Assembly: GCA_965140585.1 (NCBI GenBank)
Contig: OZ223270.1
Span: forward strand, 32,001-96,000
Source: Spirochaetia bacterium
GTDB taxonomy: Bacteria; Spirochaetota; Spirochaetia; UBA9216
DNA length: 64,000 bases
Reading direction: 5' to 3'
Within the stretch, counting starts at the first letter, position 1; each line of letters starts with the position of its first letter. The notes under the pieces were generated by a model that was given only the letters and a program-made list of their open reading frames with translations, made no database searches and was not told the origin of the DNA. Below are positions 48,050 through 56,927 of the stretch, in pieces. The position numbers and the translations under genes were made by a program.

Positions 48050-49660
48050 ATGAAAAGACAGATTGCATTGCTTTTAAGCGGTCTTCTGCTTGTTTTGATG
48101 TTTGCGGGATGTGCTTCATCCCCGATTGTCGAACCCGACGTTGAACATCAGATCACAATCCTTCACACAAACGATTATCATGGACATCCAGTAGCTTTCT
48201 ATGACTATCCGGCTGACGGCCAGGGCGGTCTTCCTGCACAGGCAACGCTTGTGAATGAGATTCGTTCAGAGGGGGGAAATGTTCTTCTTCTGAGCGCAGG
48301 CGACATCAATACCGGTCGTCCAGAATCGAACTTTTTCAAGGCTGAACCTGACATCATCGGTATGAACTATATCGGTTATGATGCGATGTCTATGGGTAAC
48401 CATGAGTTTGACCCTACACCGGCAATTATGCAGGAGCAGATTGCATCTTCAGACTTTCCATGGCTTTGTGCAAATGTTGTTTCTGAAGATACCGGAGAAT
48501 ATATTGAAAATGTAGTCCCCTACGTTATTGAAGACTATGGTAATTACAAGGTTGCTGTTTTCGGCCTTATGACTGCAACTACAGCAAAGAGCGGAAGCCC
48601 CGAAAACATCAAGGGATATAAGTTTCTCGATGAGGTTGAGACTGCAAAGGCTCTTGTTCCCGAGCTTAAGAAAAAAGCCGACATAGTTGTTGCCCTTGTT
48701 CATATGGGTATTTATGATGATGTAAACGAAGGCTCAGAGAAGCTTGCTGCACAGGTTCCCGGAATTGCGCTTGTTATCGACGGACACTCACACACCATGG
48801 TTGAAGAAGCTATTATGGTTACCAATGTAGAAACCGGGATTCAGGTTCCGGTTGTCCAGGCAAAGCACTGGGGAATGTACATGGGCCGTGTTGATCTACG
48901 CTTCATGAACGGTGAGGTTACCGGCGTTAACTATGAGCTTATCCCCATTAATGTTAAGTATCGTGAAAAACTTGATGATGGTTCTTCTATTTACAAATTC
49001 GTAGGCAAAGAACTTAAAAACGATTCGGAGCTTGCTGCGCTGCTTCAGCCCTATGTTGACAAGGTAGACTCTGTACTTAACGAAACTATCGGAACAGCAA
49101 CTGCTCCTTTTATCAACGACAACTCAAGGGTTGAAGAAACTGCTATCGGCGACATGGTTGCAGATTCAATGCTCTGGTACGCAAACACACAGGGTCTTGA
49201 AGCCGATTTTGCCTTCCAGAACGGAGGCGGAGTACGAACAAGCATTGCAGACGGTGCAATTCAGAAGAGAACTGTTTATGAGGTTCTTCCTTTTGATAAT
49301 TCAGTTGCTCTTGTTACCCTTAAGGGTTCAACTGTAATCGAACTTTTCAACGCAACTCCGGCTGCTATCGGCCACGGTGCGATGCCCCAGGTATCAAAGG
49401 GTGTCAAGTTCACTATTGATTCTGCAGCAGGAACTGTAAGCGATCTTATGATCAACGGCAAGAAGGTTGATCCGAATGCCGAGTACAGGATTGCTACAAA
49501 CAGCTACCTTGCAGCAGGCGGCGACGGCTACGGAATGTTCACCGATGCAGTTGACTACTACGACACATCCCTTATGCAGAGAGATGCATTTATCGAATAC
49601 GTTATCTCACTCGGAGGAACCATCACTCCGATGACCGAGGGAAGAATCACAATCAAATAG
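48050..49660 (+). CDS. ushA: 5'-nucleotidase/UDP-sugar hydrolase lipoprotein (UshA-like)
   Basis: FAG-C lipobox; ILHTND.HG, AGD, GNHEFD, GHSH, NGGGVR, LPFDN, YLAAGGDGY. Confidence 0.88.
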   Translation: MKRQIALLLSGLLLVLMFAGCASSPIVEPDVEHQITILHTNDYHGHPVAFYDYPADGQGGLPAQATLVNEIRSEGGNVLLLSAGDINTGRPESNFFKAEPDIIGMNYIGYDAMSMGNHEFDPTPAIMQEQIASSDFPWLCANVVSEDTGEYIENVVPYVIEDYGNYKVAVFGLMTATTAKSGSPENIKGYKFLDEVETAKALVPELKKKADIVVALVHMGIYDDVNEGSEKLAAQVPGIALVIDGHSHTMVEEAIMVTNVETGIQVPVVQAKHWGMYMGRVDLRFMNGEVTGVNYELIPINVKYREKLDDGSSIYKFVGKELKNDSELAALLQPYVDKVDSVLNETIGTATAPFINDNSRVEETAIGDMVADSMLWYANTQGLEADFAFQNGGGVRTSIADGAIQKRTVYEVLPFDNSVALVTLKGSTVIELFNATPAAIGHGAMPQVSKGVKFTIDSAAGTVSDLMINGKKVDPNAEYRIATNSYLAAGGDGYGMFTDAVDYYDTSLMQRDAFIEYVISLGGTITPMTEGRITIK

Positions 49661-49669
49661 CGTTTTACC

Positions 49670-49706
49670 TCCTCCGCAGCCGTTTGCATGGTTGCGGAGG
49701 ATTTTT
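49670..49706 (+). terminator. Intrinsic terminator
   Basis: TCCTCCGCAGCC...GGTTGCGGAGGA followed by T5. Confidence 0.75.
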
Positions 49707-49746
49707 CACTCCATTTAAAATCCATAAGTGTTCGGGAGGGGAGCCG

Positions 49747-50064
49747 GTGGAATCCAGGTACTATGTAATCAATAAAAGACTTATACCCAGCGAGGCTGCA
49801 GAACTTGAGCTTGCGCGGCAGGGCGCCCTTCCTGAAAAGGTTCTGGCCGAAGAGGATTTCCGCACGGGTTTAAAGGAACTGAAAGCCTGCATAGGGTCGT
49901 TTTTCCTGAACAACCGGCTTAATGCATCATCATGCCCAATGACCCCGGAAGAAATTGCCGGGATGGTAGGCAAGATGATAGTTATCAACAATATTCAAGA
50001 CGAGAATATTCAGCTGATGCTTATTCAGGGAGAACGGACCCCGGTTGTATATGTGAGGTATTAA
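49747..50064 (+). CDS. Hypothetical protein
   Basis: GGAGG + GTG 49747 within ORF 49684-50064; weak resemblance to an aminotransferase class IV N-terminal part is not secure. Confidence 0.5.
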   Translation: MESRYYVINKRLIPSEAAELELARQGALPEKVLAEEDFRTGLKELKACIGSFFLNNRLNASSCPMTPEEIAGMVGKMIVINNIQDENIQLMLIQGERTPVVYVRY

Positions 50065-50069
50065 GCTTT

Positions 50070-50798
50070 TCAGATTCTTTTATGGGTTTTCAGATACTCA
50101 AGCCAGGCGGATGTACCGATGCGTGAAGCAAGCTTCTGCACCTTCCTGAATCCTGTTCCATATACCTTATCCTTATCTTCAAACAGACCCTTTATTAGAA
50201 ACTCAGCCTCGGGTGTAAGCTGCTTTTTTAATACAAGGTAGGCAGCCATATTGCAGCTGCCTTCAAGCAGAGGAGGTTTTATATCTGTCAGATTATGGCT
50301 GTAGAACCAGATGTGCATAAGCTCGTGAGCGCAGGTTGAGATGAAACTCATTTCAGGAAGCCCCTGCAGGATATAAATCTGCATTTTGAACTCGCTTATT
50401 TTACCGTTCAGCATTTTACGGTTGAAAACGGCAAAGCCCTGCTTTTCACCGCTGCTTTTATCAAGCTGCTTCAGTTTTGAGCGGCTTATAAGCAGAAACT
50501 CAGGCTTAAAGGGTTTTATAATTATACCCTCGTCGACCAGCTGATCATGAACCTCCTGAAGCAGTTTAAGCCCCGTTTCCACATTATTTACAGCAGAGAG
50601 CAGACAGATTCCACATACCCGGCGGCCGTCCGAATAAGTCCTGCCGCCTCTGGTCAGTTTTGATGAGATAAGCCGCCCGCAGTATGCACACTGCGGAACA
50701 TTCCGGTAATGTGCAGCACAGTAGGAGTTGCCCCAGTAATCAGTGAAATACCGGCCGGATATTTCAACACCGCAATGGGAACATCTCATGTTCTGCAT
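50070..50798 (-). CDS. DA1-like protein: LIM-like Zn fingers plus zinc metallopeptidase
   Basis: CxxC...YW...YCxxH...CxxC...DGRxxCxxC..SAV, then IL.GLP, AHELMH.W, EGSCN, VYG.GFR. Confidence 0.8.
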   Translation of the reverse strand: MQNMRCSHCGVEISGRYFTDYWGNSYCAAHYRNVPQCAYCGRLISSKLTRGGRTYSDGRRVCGICLLSAVNNVETGLKLLQEVHDQLVDEGIIIKPFKPEFLLISRSKLKQLDKSSGEKQGFAVFNRKMLNGKISEFKMQIYILQGLPEMSFISTCAHELMHIWFYSHNLTDIKPPLLEGSCNMAAYLVLKKQLTPEAEFLIKGLFEDKDKVYGTGFRKVQKLASRIGTSAWLEYLKTHKRI

Positions 50799-50836
50799 TT
50801 CATGCTCAACACTTTATGCCCTGCATTTAAGACCCA

Positions 50837-51634
50837 TTAGTCCCCGTCAAGCATGTTTCCGAGCGCACCAAGGATACTGCCCTCACCCTGACGCCTGCCG
50901 CCGGTGTTTGCAGTTCCGACCTGACGCAGGATTCGGTCGGCGAGTCGGGCAAAGGGCATTGACTGCAGAAGCACCGTACCGGTGCCGCTTAAGGTTGCAA
51001 GAAACAGGCCTTCACCGCCAAAGAACATCGACTTAAGCCCGCCGGACTGTTCAATGTTGTAATCCAGGCCGGGTGTAAATGCAACTATACAGCCGGTATC
51101 AATGCGCAGGGTTTCATTGCGCAGGACTTTTTTTACAACAGTTCCGCCGGCATGAACGAAGGTCATTCCATCACCGCGAAGCCGCTGCAGAATAAATCCC
51201 TCTCCACCAAAAAAACCTGTACCAAGTCTCTTATTAAAGGCAATGCTTACCTGAGTTCCCATGGCTGCGCAGAGAAAGGCATCCTTCTGGCAGAGCAGTT
51301 CCCCGCCGAGCTTGCCAAGATTTATCGGTATTATCTTCCCCGGATATGGCGCAGAGAAGGCGACACGCTTTTTGCCGGTCATGCCGCTGTTTCTGAAATG
51401 GGTCATAAATATGGATTCTCCGGTCAGAACACGTTTACCAGCCCCAAGAAGCTTGCCCATGACTGAATTATCGGTTTCTGTCCCGTCACCCATTCTTGCT
51501 TCAAAGGTTATTCCGTCTTCCATGTAATTCATGGCCCCTGCTTCGGCAATTACAACCTCACCCGGGTCAAGCTCAACTTCAATAATCTGGATATCATCAC
51601 CCATTATTTCATAATCAATTTCATGACTGTTCAT
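50837..51634 (-). CDS. TIGR00266 / AIM24 family protein
   Basis: [50 protein letters not shown]. Confidence 0.92.
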   Translation of the reverse strand: MNSHEIDYEIMGDDIQIIEVELDPGEVVIAEAGAMNYMEDGITFEARMGDGTETDNSVMGKLLGAGKRVLTGESIFMTHFRNSGMTGKKRVAFSAPYPGKIIPINLGKLGGELLCQKDAFLCAAMGTQVSIAFNKRLGTGFFGGEGFILQRLRGDGMTFVHAGGTVVKKVLRNETLRIDTGCIVAFTPGLDYNIEQSGGLKSMFFGGEGLFLATLSGTGTVLLQSMPFARLADRILRQVGTANTGGRRQGEGSILGALGNMLDGD

Positions 51635-51685
51635 TTTATAACTCCTGAATTTTTCTCCGGATTCCTTTATTGTACTTTTTCAGGC

Positions 51686-52680
51686 TCAATAATTCAAATA
51701 CATTGCGTAAGCACTGCCTGCATTTAATAAATGTGCATCATCACCCCGACAACCCGTCAATAATACTGAACCATCAGGGTTAAGTGTAGTACTGCTGCCG
51801 AATTCATCATCTTTGGCATCTGATATATTTGGGATCTTCTTTTCACTCCAGCTGCTTCCGTCATAATAATATAAATAAACACTTCCGGCATCTGTCACAG
51901 TTCCGATATCATCAGAACCTGCACCTATGAAAAAAACACCCCCGTTAGACGACATTGCAAGGCTTCCCCCGAAATGATATCCGGCAGCCCCGTCTGAAGC
52001 CTTGATTTTTCTTTCATCCCAGCCGCTGCTGTTATAGGTAAACAGATAAGCCGCACCGGCACTGCTTCCGTTGTCATCATCCTGATATGCACCGATGAGG
52101 ATCGTATTTCCATCGGCTGATACTGCGAGAGCTGCTCCGAATCTTTGATTATCCTGCCCGTCTGAAGGGATCAGTTTTTCGCTTGTCCAGGAACTGCCGT
52201 CATAGCGGTAAACGTAAACCGCCCCGCATCCCTCGGCAGCCTCATCATCCCAGCTCGCCGAAACTATACAAGCAGTTCCATCATCTGAAAAAACTGCATA
52301 CTCTCCAAAGCTGTCACCGGAGGCGATGGTGGATGGTGTTAAATCATCCATGGTTTTGACTGATACGGTGACATTATCAACAGCTTCAGTATTACCGTCG
52401 TCAGCGACCAGAGAAAACATATAATCCCCCTGCTCAGTTTCAAGAGTAATCTCAAATGAAGGAGAAATTAGATTCTCATCATCAAGGCCAATTCCGTTCT
52501 GCGAAATCCAATGGTAGTAATACGGCCTGTCATCTGAACTCTCAATTGTGCCAGTCAGGGTTGCGGTTCCAAGCCCCATTCTGAAATCTTCTCCTGCATT
52601 ACAGGTAAGAGATTCTCTGCATGATGTAAAAAAAGAAGAAAAGCAGCGGCCAACATGACATAAATGTTTTTTTCCGACAT
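51686..52680 (-). pseudogene. PKD-like + FG-GAP repeat lipoprotein, frameshifted in its signal peptide
   Basis: ORF 51686-52579 has DG..FG..VAVS.DG...IGA..DD...GAVY repeats; upstream ATG 52680 (MSEKNIYVMLAAAFLLF) joins FTS-C only if one base is added in the T7 run (+ strand A7, 52628-52634). Confidence 0.75.
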
Positions 52681-52949
52681 TTTTCTATCCGTATAAAAAT
52701 AGTTTTTCTATCCTTAATAAAATATCACTGCAGTGATTGAAAATCACGAAGAACTGTAAAGCAGAATACCGAGTATGAAGCAATTTTTTTTATAATAACC
52801 GAGAACCAACGCCTCACTTTTTCAACGTTGAGATCCCGTTAGAAAATTCACTATTACTTAATTTTTTTTATCAGTATTTTAACAAAAGATTGACTTAGGT
52901 TTGAATACCATTTATCCTTATATTATTATATTCATAAAAAGGAGAAAAA

Positions 52950-54095
52950 ATGTTTAAAAAATTTGTTTTAAGCACATTATCATTCTTCCTTGTGCTGTCT
53001 CTCTCAGTAGCCTCAGGTGCCGCAGAAGACAGTCAGAAGAAAACAGATTCAGAACCTGTGATGAGCAAAAAAGCCTCAGATTCTGAATACACAACAGGCC
53101 CTAACAATTCAATCACTGATGTTCCGGGAATTGAAGTCGGAAACTACCAGGAAAACTATCATGGTACAACCGTTATTTTTGCAACTAACGGAGCTGTAGG
53201 CGGTGTTGATGTAAGAGGTTCTGCACCAGGAACAAGGGAAACAGATCTTCTTGATCCGATTAATCTGGTCGACAGGGTTAATGCCGTAGTGCTGTCAGGC
53301 GGAAGCGCATATGGTCTTGCACCGGCAGACGGATTGATGCGCTGGCTTGAAGAAAAGGGAATCGGATGGCCTGCAGGAGCCGGTGTAGTTCCTATTGTGC
53401 CGGCAGCAGTACTGTTTGATCCGGGCAGATTCGGTCGTGAGTTCACCGAACATCCTACAGCTGAGTTCGGCCGGAAAGCAGCAGAGAACCTTTCCTCCGG
53501 GCCTGTCCAGATGGGTAACGTAGGTGCCGGAGCAGGAGCCATTGCAGCAGGAATAAAGGGCGGTCTTGGAACTGCCAGTATTGATATTGGAAACGGCGTA
53601 ATTGTCGGAGCAATCGTTGCCGTAAATGCCGGAGGAAGCACAGTTAATCCAAAAACAGGAGAACTCTACGGAGCATATCTTGAAATAGGCGATGAGTTTG
53701 CTATTTACTCAGATCCTGATGCACTGGCTTCAGCAAATGTTGATACGGACAGCGAACCTGTAAAAAATACAACCATAGCCTGTATCGCTACAAACGTAAA
53801 ACTCACAAAGGCGCAGGCAAAAAAAATTGCCGAAATGGCACACGACGGAATGGCAAGAGCCATCAGACCCTCACACACTATGTTTGACGGTGATACAATC
53901 TTCGTACTGGGAACAGGCGAACTGTCTCCTGAAGTACTTCAGCAGGAAGCAACATGGGGTTACATGCCGGCAAACATAAACAAAATCGGAGCTGCTGCTG
54001 CCGACACACTCACAAGAGCAATTGTGCATGCAATGCTCAGCGCTGAAAGTGTTGGAGAAGTAAAGAGCTACAGAGATACTTATCTTTCAAAATAA
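52950..54095 (+). CDS. Secreted P1/S58 (DmpA-like) peptidase
   Basis: Signal peptide; ITDVPGI.VG, GVDVRG.APGTRETDLL, LSGGSAYGL, NTT autoprocessing site, P.HT.FDGDT. Confidence 0.9.
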   Translation: MFKKFVLSTLSFFLVLSLSVASGAAEDSQKKTDSEPVMSKKASDSEYTTGPNNSITDVPGIEVGNYQENYHGTTVIFATNGAVGGVDVRGSAPGTRETDLLDPINLVDRVNAVVLSGGSAYGLAPADGLMRWLEEKGIGWPAGAGVVPIVPAAVLFDPGRFGREFTEHPTAEFGRKAAENLSSGPVQMGNVGAGAGAIAAGIKGGLGTASIDIGNGVIVGAIVAVNAGGSTVNPKTGELYGAYLEIGDEFAIYSDPDALASANVDTDSEPVKNTTIACIATNVKLTKAQAKKIAEMAHDGMARAIRPSHTMFDGDTIFVLGTGELSPEVLQQEATWGYMPANINKIGAAAADTLTRAIVHAMLSAESVGEVKSYRDTYLSK

Positions 54096-54112
54096 GCTGA
54101 TTTATCAGACTC

Positions 54113-54146
54113 AAAAAAAACCGGGGAGAAACACCCCGGTTTTTTT
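54113..54146. terminator. Bidirectional intrinsic terminator
   Basis: A8-CCGGGG-AGAAACA-CCCCGG-T7. Confidence 0.85.
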
Positions 54147-54161
54147 ATAAATATGCACTTT

Positions 54162-54202
54162 CTTTCCACAGATTTATCACAAGTTTCCACATGTTTTCCA
54201 CA
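54162..54202 (+). promoter_or_regulatory. Cluster of four co-oriented DnaA-box-like 9-mers
   Basis: CTTTCCACA 54162, TTTATCACA 54173, GTTTCCACA 54183, TTTTCCACA 54194 versus consensus TTWTNCACA. Confidence 0.55.
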
Positions 54203-54212
54203 GATTGTTAAA

Positions 54213-54542
54213 TCAGTCCCTGCAGCGTTCCCTCCATTTACGGCTTCCGCGGCTTGATCCCTTGCCTCCACCCCCGAAGAATGCAGAAACTCCAAGGATA
54301 AAACCGAAGTTATACCAACCGCCGTTGTTATGAATCTCGTAGACATTAACCTTGTCGGAAAAAAGTGAAATTATAAAAGTGAACAGGGCTATAAATCCGT
54401 GCCACAGGCCCATAAAGAACCCGGCGACATCCCCTTCAACATCCTCCAGACCCTTAAACTCATTAGGGCCGGCAGCACAGGATGTAAGAGTCATAAGAAT
54501 AACGGCTGAAATTATAAGCAGTACTATAATTGTTTTTTTCAT
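54213..54542 (-). CDS. Small conserved-looking membrane lipoprotein
   Basis: GGAGG + ATG 54542; LTS-C lipobox; AGFFMGLWHGFI...VYEIHNNGGWYNFGF. Confidence 0.75.
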   Translation of the reverse strand: MKKTIIVLLIISAVILMTLTSCAAGPNEFKGLEDVEGDVAGFFMGLWHGFIALFTFIISLFSDKVNVYEIHNNGGWYNFGFILGVSAFFGGGGKGSSRGSRKWRERCRD

Positions 54543-54634
54543 AAATTGGTTAACCTCCGAATATTTAACATTGTTTTGCTGATAAACTGTTACAATATTG
54601 TACACCCGGATCCTGGTTTTATTCACAATAAGCG

Positions 54635-55513
54635 CTATTTGGCTGCTTTTTTACCCCTAAAATAAAGAAAAAGTGCCGAACCCAGTATCAGGACTGCGCC
54701 TCCTATTGAAAAGGCATCGGGAATCTCTCCAAAAAAAACAACTGCAATCAGCGCAGAAAATACAACATGAGTATAGTTATAAATGGCTACCTCAGAGGCT
54801 GAGCCGTATGAGTATGCAAGCGTTAAAAAAAACTGACCAGCGGCAGAAAAAAGCCCAGTTGCAATGAGGGCAGCCAGCTCGGACGCAGTAGGCGCTGTCC
54901 AGACCCTGAGGAAGGGGAAAATTAAAAAGATAATCGATATTCCGGAAAACCAGAAAATAATAACGAGAGAGTTCTCACTGCCACGGAGCGAGGCAATCAT
55001 AGTGTAAGCCGCGGCAGCAGTCACCGCCCCTAAAAGTCCGGCGACAGCCGGAAGCAGCTGCATATTGAACCCCGGCTTTATTACAAGTATCATCCCGGCA
55101 AAAGATGCTATAAGCGCCGGGTACTGATATCGTTTAAGCTTCTGCTTAAGAAAAACAGCTGAAAATATAATTACAAGAATTGATGACAGCCTGTTCAACA
55201 GTGATGAATCAGCCAGAACGAGCTGCTCTACAGAATAAAAATAAAAAAGAACTCCGATAAACCCGAAAAGCGATCGCAACAATAGCTTCATCCGGTTCTG
55301 AGGCTTTCCTGCAAGAATCCTGAATCCACCTTTACGAATATCAGGTATGAGCATAATAAAAATCAGGAAAAAAATTATCAGATTGCGAAAAAATACCTTT
55401 TCGATGTAGGAAACACTTTCAGCATATTTTATAACCCCGCCCATACAGGCAAAGGAAAATGCCGACAGTATCATGAATGCCGGTGCGAGGAGTTTTTTAC
55501 TGTTGTGATTCAA
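54635..55513 (-). CDS. DMT/EamA family transporter
   Basis: 10 TM segments; VFFR, LLRSLFG, FL...L, GQFFLT.AY, FGEIP. Confidence 0.9.
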   Translation of the reverse strand: MNHNSKKLLAPAFMILSAFSFACMGGVIKYAESVSYIEKVFFRNLIIFFLIFIMLIPDIRKGGFRILAGKPQNRMKLLLRSLFGFIGVLFYFYSVEQLVLADSSLLNRLSSILVIIFSAVFLKQKLKRYQYPALIASFAGMILVIKPGFNMQLLPAVAGLLGAVTAAAAYTMIASLRGSENSLVIIFWFSGISIIFLIFPFLRVWTAPTASELAALIATGLFSAAGQFFLTLAYSYGSASEVAIYNYTHVVFSALIAVVFFGEIPDAFSIGGAVLILGSALFLYFRGKKAAK

Positions 55514-55517
55514 ATAT

Positions 55518-56900
55518 TCAGCCGCCTTTTGATTCTCTAATGCAGGTTTCCGGGAGCACTATACGGAAAATTGAACCTCTGCCGTATTCGGACTCAAGCT
55601 CAACCCGCCCCCCGAGCATATCAGTATACCCTTTTACGATTGTAAGGCCCAGGCCCACACCTTCACGTACACCGTAAATACTTCCGCCGGCCTGTCTGAA
55701 CCGCTCAAATATAAGTGTAGCATCCTCTTCCCTTATCCCGATTCCAGAGTCTTCGACCTCAAGAATAAGTTCACCGGCCGAATTTAAACCGCTTCGGATA
55801 ACAACTTTGCCTCTCCTGGAATATTTGATTGCATTGCTTATGAGGTTATTTAGTATCTGTATGATTTTTATACGGTCACTTACTATCATCAGCGGTCTGG
55901 AACCTGCACAGCCTTCGGCCTCCAGAATGATTGAACCGTCCACAACAGCATCGTAGCTGAGGAATCCGCTTACTGTTTCATCAATTATTGCATTTAGATC
56001 GATATTCTCAAGCATCAATTCACATTCACCGGCTTCAATTCTTGAAACCTCGATTATATCATTCAGGATATTAAGCAGATTTTTAGCACTCGTATTGATA
56101 ATTTCAATATACTGTTCCCGCTGCTCCTCGCTGTCCCTGAAATCTTTCAAAAGCCTTGAGAAGCCGATAATTCCATTGAGAGGTGTGCGGATTTCATGTG
56201 ACATATTGGCAAGAAATATACTTTTAAGATTATCCGATTTCAGGGCGCTCCGGGTCTGCATTTCAAGCTCTTTCGTACGCTCATCTACACGCTGTTCCAG
56301 TTCATGATCTTTTAAAAACAGTCTGATAAGAGTTCTGTTATGCATCTGACTGAAAACTACTGAAATAAACAGAGTGATCATTATAATTACTGCATCAACG
56401 AGCTGCATTCTTTCAATATCAGGGGCGTGGAAAAGATGCAGAATTCCAACACCCGCAATACCGAGGATAACCGTATAAAAGGACCTAATCGTGTTTATTC
56501 CGGCACCAACGATCATCGCAAACAGAAAAACAATATAATCTTTTGAGATCACATACTCATGTCCTGTAGTCAAAGCAGCCCATACGATAAGTAGAGTATA
56601 ATTAAGCAGTACAAAAATCCTGTGAATGCTTTTAACATCATCTTCTTTATCAGGCTTGAACAGAAAAAACCATATCATAAAAACTGACTGAATTATAAGA
56701 ACAGGAAGATTTATTTTCATATAGTCTCCCGCCTTGTAACCCCATAAAAAACTGTTTCCGTTGGTCAGGACCAGAAGCAGAAGAAATAAACTCATAACAG
56801 GGATGACGACAGTAAGACGTTGATAATTTATCAGGAGAAGTTTTTTTCTGATATCGCTGCTGATTTTATGATCCATATCAACAAGCAATGAATAAGACAT
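55518..56900 (-). CDS. Membrane sensor histidine kinase (no cognate regulator in window)
   Basis: ~6 TM segments; FLANMSHEIRTPLN H-box, NLISNAIKY, EDSGIGI, GLGL. Confidence 0.92.
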   Translation of the reverse strand: MSYSLLVDMDHKISSDIRKKLLLINYQRLTVVIPVMSLFLLLLVLTNGNSFLWGYKAGDYMKINLPVLIIQSVFMIWFFLFKPDKEDDVKSIHRIFVLLNYTLLIVWAALTTGHEYVISKDYIVFLFAMIVGAGINTIRSFYTVILGIAGVGILHLFHAPDIERMQLVDAVIIMITLFISVVFSQMHNRTLIRLFLKDHELEQRVDERTKELEMQTRSALKSDNLKSIFLANMSHEIRTPLNGIIGFSRLLKDFRDSEEQREQYIEIINTSAKNLLNILNDIIEVSRIEAGECELMLENIDLNAIIDETVSGFLSYDAVVDGSIILEAEGCAGSRPLMIVSDRIKIIQILNNLISNAIKYSRRGKVVIRSGLNSAGELILEVEDSGIGIREEDATLIFERFRQAGGSIYGVREGVGLGLTIVKGYTDMLGGRVELESEYGRGSIFRIVLPETCIRESKGG

Positions 56901-56927
56901 AATAGTGATTCTACTGTATAATCAGGT

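Noticed and set aside
54113-54210. Chromosomal oriC
   Set aside because: Only ~40 bp of boxes, no dnaA/dnaN nearby and no evident strand-bias switch; kept as a non-origin cluster
56083-56091. TTAGCACTC, the left half of a CIRCE element
   Set aside because: Lies inside the histidine kinase CDS and lacks the GAGTGCTAA arm; no CIRCE upstream of htpG either
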